Shown here piece by piece: positions 56,494 through 64,000 of a stretch of DNA of 64,000 nucleotides (position 1 is the stretch's first letter; every line of letters begins with the position of its first letter). A model generated the notes under the pieces. It saw nothing but the letters and a program-made list of their open reading frames with translations. It was not told where the DNA came from and did not search any database. The DNA is from Eledone cirrhosa (taxonomy: Eukaryota). The stretch is taken from the NCBI GenBank assembly GCA_964016885.1, contig OZ024746.1, forward strand, positions 29,512,001 to 29,576,000, read 5' to 3'. The translations under genes and the position numbers were made by a program.

Positions 56494-56609
56494 GGCATAT
56501 ATATAGAGAGAGAGAGTGGGGGGCGCACACAGTATACACACTATATATGTATAATATACTGCAGCGATGTTCACTCAGAATTTTAATGTAATCTGCAACA
56601 GCCGTGAAG

Positions 56610-57355
56610 TAGCCACCACCACCACCACCACCTCTACCACCACCACCACCACCTCTACCACCAACACCACTTGATGGTAGCCCTTACACCATATCTGAAG
56701 ACTGCATCACTGTACCACCATCAATAAGACCACCACCAACAGAATATCTCCACCACCACCACCTTTATCACCGCCAGTAACAACAGCAACCTCGCTTGGT
56801 GGTAGCCCTTCCACACATGTCTGAAGAGTACATCATTGCATCACCACCACCAGTAGCCCCACCACCACCACCATTAGCAACACCACCAGAAACTCCACCG
56901 GCACCACCACCACCAGTAGCACCACCACCACCAGTAGCCCCACCACCACCACCACCAGCAACACCACCAGAAACTCCACCGGCACCACCACCAGTAGCAC
57001 CACCACCACCAGTAGCACCACCACCACCACCACCACCACCACCACCACCAGCAACACCACCAGAATCTCCACCGGTACCACCAGCAGTAGCCCCACCGCC
57101 ACCAGTAGCAACACCACCAGAAACTCCACCGGCACCACCACCAGTAGCACCACCACCAGCAACACCACCACCACCACCACCACCACCACCACCAGTAACA
57201 CCACCAGAAACTCCACCACCACCACCACCAGTAACACCACCACCACCACCACCACCACCAGTAACACCACCAGAAACTCCACCACCACCACCACCAGTAA
57301 CACCACCACCACCACCTGTAACACCACCAGTAACACCGACACCACCACCACAATA
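56610..57355. repeat. (CCA)n-derived compound repeat
   Basis: CCACCA tracts with recurring CCAGAAACTCCA and CCAGTAGCA variants. Confidence 0.9.
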
Positions 57356-57589
57356 TCTAAAGGACCAGCGATGAAGCTAAGCCTTAACGGAGTTGAGACT
57401 AACATCTGCTTGAAAACACTTCACTGCATGTCCCATCTCTCTTACATAACGAATCAATCAATCGATCAAAATCATATGTGAGATCGATAAATTGGCTGAA
57501 CATCCCCCCCCCCCAACCACAGGCTTTGTCAACCTATTAAGACAATATCAACGTAAATTTGTTTCTTAGTAAAATAGTTATAGTCATTG

Positions 57590-57870
57590 TAGCTAGTGGT
57601 AGTGGTGGTTGTTATGGTTATTGTGGAGGTGGTGTGGTAGTAGTGGTGGTGGTGGTGGTGGTCTGGTGATGGTGCTGTTGATGGTGGTAGTGGTAGTGGT
57701 GGTTGTTATGGCTATTGTGGAGGTTGTGTCGTAGTGGTGGTGGTGGTGTGGTGATGGTGCTGTTGATGGTGGTAGTGGTAGTGGTGGTTGTTATGGCTAT
57801 TGTGGAGGTGGTGTGGTGATGGTGCTGTTGATGGTGGTAGTGGTAGTGGTGGTTGCCGTTGTTGTAGTTG
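57590..57870. repeat. (GGT)n-rich repeat with ~60-75-bp higher-order units
   Basis: GGTGATGGTGCTGTTGATGGTGGTAGTGGTAGTGGTGGTTG occurs three times. Confidence 0.85.
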
Positions 57871-57977
57871 TTGTTGATGTTATAGTCACTGTGGCTGTTG
57901 TTTGATCTCTGATTGTTGATGTAATAGCTGTTATGGCTGTGTTATTGATGTTTGTGTTGTAGGCAGTTGGTGTTGTG

Positions 57978-58820
57978 ATTATTGGTGTCGTTGTGGCTAT
58001 TAGTGTTGTTATGGCTATTGGTGTCGTTGTGGCTATTGGTGGCGTTGTGGCTATTAGTGTTGTTATGGCTATTGGTGTCGTTGTGGTTATTAGTGTTGTT
58101 ATGGCTATTGGTGTTGTTATGGCTATTGGTGTTGTTATGGCTATTGGTGTCGTTGTGGCTATTGGTGTTGTTATGGCTATTGTTGTTGTTATGGCTATTG
58201 GTGTCGTTGTGGCTATTGGTGTCGTTGTGGTTATTAGTGTTGTTATGGCTATTGGTGTTGTTGTGGCTATTGGTGTCGTTGTGGCTATTGGTGTCGTTGT
58301 GGCTATTGGTGTCGTTGTGGCTATTGGTGTCGTTGTGGCTATTGGTGTTGTTATGGCTATTGGTGTCGTTGTGGCTATTGGTGTCGTTGTGGCTATTGGT
58401 GTCGTTGTGGCTATTGGTGTCGTTGTGGCTATTGGTGTCGTTGTGGCTATTGGTGTTGTTATGGCTATTGGTGTCGTTGTGGCTATTGGTGTTGTTATGG
58501 CTATTGGTGTCGTTGTGGCTATTGGTGTCGTTGTGGCTATTGGTGTCGTTGTGGCTATTGGTGTCGTTGTGGCTATTGGTGTCGTTGTGGCTATTGGTGT
58601 CGTTGTGGCTATTGGTGTTGTTATGGCTATTGGTGTCGTTGTGGCTATTGGTGTCGTTGTGGCTATTGGTGTTGTTATGGCTATTGGTGTCGTTGTGGCT
58701 ATTGGTGTCGTTGTGGCTATTGGTGTCGTTGTGGCTATTGGTGTCGTTGTGGCTATTGGTGTCGTTGTGGCTATTGGTGTCGTTGTGGCTATTGGTGTCG
58801 TTGTGGCTATTGGTGTATTT
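57978..58820. repeat. 18-bp minisatellite GGCTATTGGTGT(C/T)GTT(G/A)T (~46 copies)
   Basis: Direct tandem repetition; source of the VVAIG and LWLLVS pseudo-ORFs. Confidence 0.95.
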
Positions 58821-59778
58821 GTTAGCTGTTGTAGCTATTGGTGTTGTGGCTATTTTATCGTTCCTCTGGCGCTTGGTGGTGTTGTTTTTTGTTGTTGTTG
58901 GTGCTGTGGCTGTTGTTGTTATTATTGCCGTTGTTGCTGCTATCTTTCTTGTTGCTTCTACTAGTGCTTTTTGTTGTTGTTGTTGTTGTTGTTGTTGTTG
59001 CTACTGCTTTTGTCGTAACTATGTTTGTTGCTGTTGTTGCTGTTGTTGTTTCTTGATATTTGGTAGTGTAACTAGCAGCAATCAAATCTTCCGGAATTTC
59101 CTACACTAGATCAAGTCATAACTATTAAAGACTTCTCCTGCCAATGATGTCCCGTCAAATACAGTCTTATCTCCTCATGGATTCCGCTTTCGATCATTAA
59201 TGAGTTTCAAGTAATTATAATCAAGTATCTAAGATTATAGATTATCTTCTTTCCTCCTTCCCTCCTTTCTTTCCCTCTCCCCTTCATCCTTCCTTCCTTT
59301 CTGTCTTCTTCCATTCTCTCTTTCTGCCTTTCTTTCTTTAGCTCTCAACTCCAGATGGATTGGTAGAGCAACCGTTATATCATAGGAGCTGTTTTAGACA
59401 TTTACAATCTCTTGTAGGTCTGTAAGACTCACAGCAGTTGATATTTTTTCCCAGAGAGCGAGATAAAAAGATGGAGGGAGAGAGAGATTGACAGAGAAAT
59501 AGAGAAAAATGTCGATTCTTGTACTCAACTTGTATTTATTGATCCTGAAGTAATGAAATACGAAGTTGCTCTTGGTGAGATTTGAACTAAGAATGAAGAA
59601 AACCAGCACAAATATGGCAAGGTATTTTAGTTGACGCTCAAACGACTGTCAATTCGCTGCCTCAATGGAAAGTGTGTATATATTCTTCTCAGCAAAGCGA
59701 CACATAACATTCTCACAACTTACTGTTTGTACATTCTGTGATCCCTTCTCTCACTCATCCATTCTCATTCTCTCTCTC

Positions 59779-59850
<72 letters not shown>

Positions 59851-61595
59851 ACTCTCAGTTTTTCTCTTCCACTCATTCTCTCTCTCTCCTTCTACACCTC
59901 TCTATCTTTCCTTCTCTCTCTTTCTTTCCTTCTCTCTCTCTTTCCTTCCTTCTCTTCACCTTTCTTTCTTTCCTTCTTTCTTTCTTTCTTTCTTTTTCTC
60001 TCTCTCCTTTTCCTAAATCTGACATATCTGTCTTGGCGGTCCTTATCCCCACGGCTTGTTTTAACAGTCATTGATATTTGTAATTTCTGTTCTTTTACTT
60101 TTGGCCTGTGACCACGTAAGTGGCAAAACATGCTTTTTCTCCTATCAATTGTAAGTCTCCTTTCTTTACACGTTATCTTTATACACTTATTACAGTCTCT
60201 GTCCTTCTCATTTAAAAAGATGTTAACGTTGAAGCGTTTATTCCTTTTGTTATAATTTAAGATGTTATTATTCAACTGATTTTGTCAATGTTACGTATTC
60301 CCCACAAAGATACCGATCCTCATTTTTTTTTGTTTTATTATATCATTTTCTTCACGTTTTTCTTTTGTCCTTGGTACAGGTTGTGTAGGCATGGCCTATT
60401 TTTGTATACGCTTATCAGTATCGCTGTTAGTTCTATTTTGTGAATCATATTGTGTGTATTTCCGAGAAATTTTCTCGAAGGAAAAGAGTTTATGTACTTA
60501 TATGTATGCATGTGGGAATGTATAGAAACTAAATTGGTCACATCATGGAGGAAGTGAGTAAGGAAATATCATTTACCGTCAAATTCGTCATATTTATAAC
60601 ATTCAATGACTGGCAAATAAGTAGAAAGCGAGAAATTGCGTTCCAGTAATTTTGCATTAAAATAAGTATATGCTAATATGCGTATGTCCTCAAGTATAGG
60701 GGTTTATATATATAGATATATATATATATAGGTATATGTTTTATGAGGACTCCCGCACTCCTGGAGATAGGAATTACAATCCAAGTATGAATATCTTCAA
60801 ATGACAAATGGAATATGATAGATTTATTAAAAATTCCATTAAAAAAACAATAAGATACCACTCTAATATAGTCATATAAGTGTATGCTGTTATAAAATTG
60901 TATTCATATATTAATAGCTGTTGCAATATTAAATAGGAAATATTAAATATCAAAATAACATTACATCACGATAACATGATATCAACAGGCAACATTATTC
61001 AATAAATACAGAGACTATTAAATTATTTGTTATATATTTATTTACACAAATGAGTGTTTTTTATTATTTTATTTTATTTTGTTACTTTTTTGTTGTTTTT
61101 TGTTCCGATAATCTAGTGTTTCAGTTTATTTTTACAAAAATCATTATTTCCTGTCTGTGATTTCTAAACAACCAATTTTGTTGTTAAATCAACCCCACCA
61201 ATAAATCTGCCATTAAACACACACAATCGCAAATTAAACTACAACAAAATGGCGAACTATATCGAATTATTTAAAACTTAGTTTTTCATATCCTGATGAT
61301 TGTATCTATGTTTCGTGTTATATTTGTAAAACATAATTTAGAATTATTTAATTTGACGTATTGTAAATAATGATACATTTCATTATTTACGGGGGCTTCT
61401 TTTGGGTTCGGACATTACATTGCGGATATGCTGGGACAGTGCCTTCAAATATCTAGTCGATCTATCAATTTCAGGGATATCTCTGTGATACCGCTAAGTA
61501 ACAGGTTGAAGAAACAGTTTAGGCGTAAACACACACACACATATGTACGAATATAATATTTTATACACGTGCCATTATGTTACTGGATCACCTAA

Positions 61596-61642
<47 letters not shown>

Positions 61643-61991
61643 GTAATTAGGAGTATTCCAAAGCTTGGTAGAACAAGTTGTGAGGAAAGTTCTCAACATA
61701 CGTTAAGGTGACTCGACAGGTTGGTAGGGATTCTGTAGTATATATATAAATATAAATATATATATATTTGACTAAATTCAATCGCAAGATATCATATCAT
61801 GGCCACTGTAGAAGTCACTTGACCCAGGTGCCAGGCATTGGCATTGGACTCGGAGTTACACTTCTGCCAAGTAAAAGGGACACAACCGTGTATGTGCCTA
61901 CCTTTTACTTTCTTGGGCTTACAATCGTGAGTTGCTGGGTTTAATCTATGCAGCCATCCTTGAGCACGACACTTCATTTTCCGTTGCTTCA

Positions 61992-62180
61992 ATAGCTGTT
62001 TCTACTTTAGGCACAAGGCCAGCAATTACCCAGTGCATTACTGGTACTTTATTTTATCGACCCCGTAAGGATGAAAGGCAAAGTCAACCTCGGCGGGATT
62101 TGAACTCAGATCGTAAAGGGACGTAACTATGCTGGAAAGCATGGTGTCCGACTCTCTACCGATACTGCCAATTCACCGCC
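61992..62180 (-). mobile_element. Young tRNA-derived SINE with TSD
   Basis: Consensus match; TTGCTTCAATA on both sides. Confidence 0.92.
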
Positions 62181-62469
62181 CTTGCTTCAATAACTCAGCT
62201 AGAAATGTGTACCAACAGCAGCTTGTGAAAACCTGCGACAGACAGTTACACAAACGAACAGTGAGGAAGGGTTGGAGTCTTGTGCACTCTTGCCACCGTC
62301 TTATTTGTACCAAGATGGGGGGAAAACCATGCAAAACCGAAGTAAGGAAAGAATAATTTCTTGAATATTACCCAATATTGGAGAGAATCATTATTTATAC
62401 AGCACATATCTCATTCGCTCCATTAGTAAATAAAATATATAATTATATAAACAAACACAGAATACTTAC

Positions 62470-62509
<40 letters not shown>

Positions 62510-62653
62510 TCAGAAGCTTTAGATAAGATTTTTCCGAACAGAAATTGAGAATTCAATTACGATCAAATCATATGTAATATGTTATATATATTATTATGTA
62601 TGTGATACGATACACACACATACACACACACACACACACACTAACACGCACAT

Positions 62654-62712
<59 letters not shown>

Positions 62713-62983
62713 GGTATATTATGTTTGCAAGATGAACGATTGAGCGATGTCGTTTTAAAGCGGTATTCTGATTCCCTGTGGCGGGATCAATGTTCTAGAA
62801 AGATCTCAGGAAAATATTAAGAAACTAGCGTATATAAATGAATGAAGAATCCCCTGAAGGCAGAGCTATTGCTGATCGCATCACATCGACGACATTGCCA
62901 TCGAGATGTATGGGGTGGATTATAATGTATACTTAGCAGAGTTTCAATGGCAAGAAGAAATCAATAACCATATTTCATATTCA

Positions 62984-63053
<70 letters not shown>

Positions 63054-63067
63054 TTATATATATATAC

Positions 63068-63098
<31 letters not shown>

Positions 63099-63127
63099 CA
63101 TATATATACATATATACATATATATAC

Positions 63128-63160
<33 letters not shown>

Positions 63161-63212
63161 CATATATATACATATATATATATATGTATACATATATATA
63201 CATATATATACA

Positions 63213-63248
<36 letters not shown>

Positions 63249-63345
63249 CATATATATATACATACATATATACACGCATATATATAAATATACTTATATA
63301 TATACATATATATACATATATATATATATATACTTATATATATAC

Positions 63346-63381
<36 letters not shown>

Positions 63382-63385
63382 ATAC

Positions 63386-63418
<33 letters not shown>

Positions 63419-63569
63419 CATATATATACATACATATATATATATACATATATATACATACATATATATATATATACATATATATACATACATATATATA
63501 TATACATATATATACATACATACATATATATATATACATATATATACATACATACATATATATATATAC

Positions 63570-63667
<98 letters not shown>

Positions 63668-63679
63668 ATATATATGAAC

Positions 63680-63712
<33 letters not shown>

Positions 63713-63822
63713 GGTATGTATGTATATATATATATATATATATATAAATATATATGTTTCTGTCTGTATATGTACATGTGTGTGATATGATATATATACA
63801 CAGACACACACACACACACACA

Positions 63823-63865
<43 letters not shown>

Positions 63866-63961
63866 ATCTTCGAATCATATAATTATTAAACCTCAGAGGA
63901 TATTGAGATAGTGAATGAGATGGAATGTCAAAATGGACGCCATGACGTTAATCTGTCTACG

Positions 63962-64000
<39 letters not shown>

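Noticed and set aside
56796-57374. Extensin-like proline-rich protein
   Set aside because: Nearly all Pro codons are CCA within a wider (CCA)n field; no signal peptide or other exon support
57975-59109. Long hydrophobic VVAIG / LWLLVS ORFs
   Set aside because: 18-bp minisatellite open in several frames; not evidence of coding

Overview
AT-rich, extremely microsatellite-dense animal genomic DNA with no recognisable host protein-coding exon. Nearly all ORFs in the track are (TA)n/(CA)n/(GA)n/(CCA)n artefacts. The repeat complement (abundant tRNA-derived SINEs, huge TA tracts) looks cephalopod (Octopus)-like, but that is inference. Supported content: about 10 copies of a young ~190-nt tRNA-derived SINE, several with target-site duplications; fragments of Tx1/L1, RTE and R4/Dong LINEs; a non-autonomous Helitron; several minisatellites; and two decayed Penelope-like elements (PLEs: RT YRDD + C-terminal GIY-YIG, CxCx5C linker) with inverted pseudo-LTRs. 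The most notable signal is a dense cluster of type-I hammerhead ribozyme (HHR) motifs at 41-53 kb: at least four sequence families, 14 copies on both strands, plus hammerhead-like variants. They sit in nested fold-back (inverted) cassettes inserted into (TA)n tracts, including same-strand HHR pairs that could release retrozyme-like non-coding RNAs. All structures were folded by eye; coordinates are approximate to a few nt.
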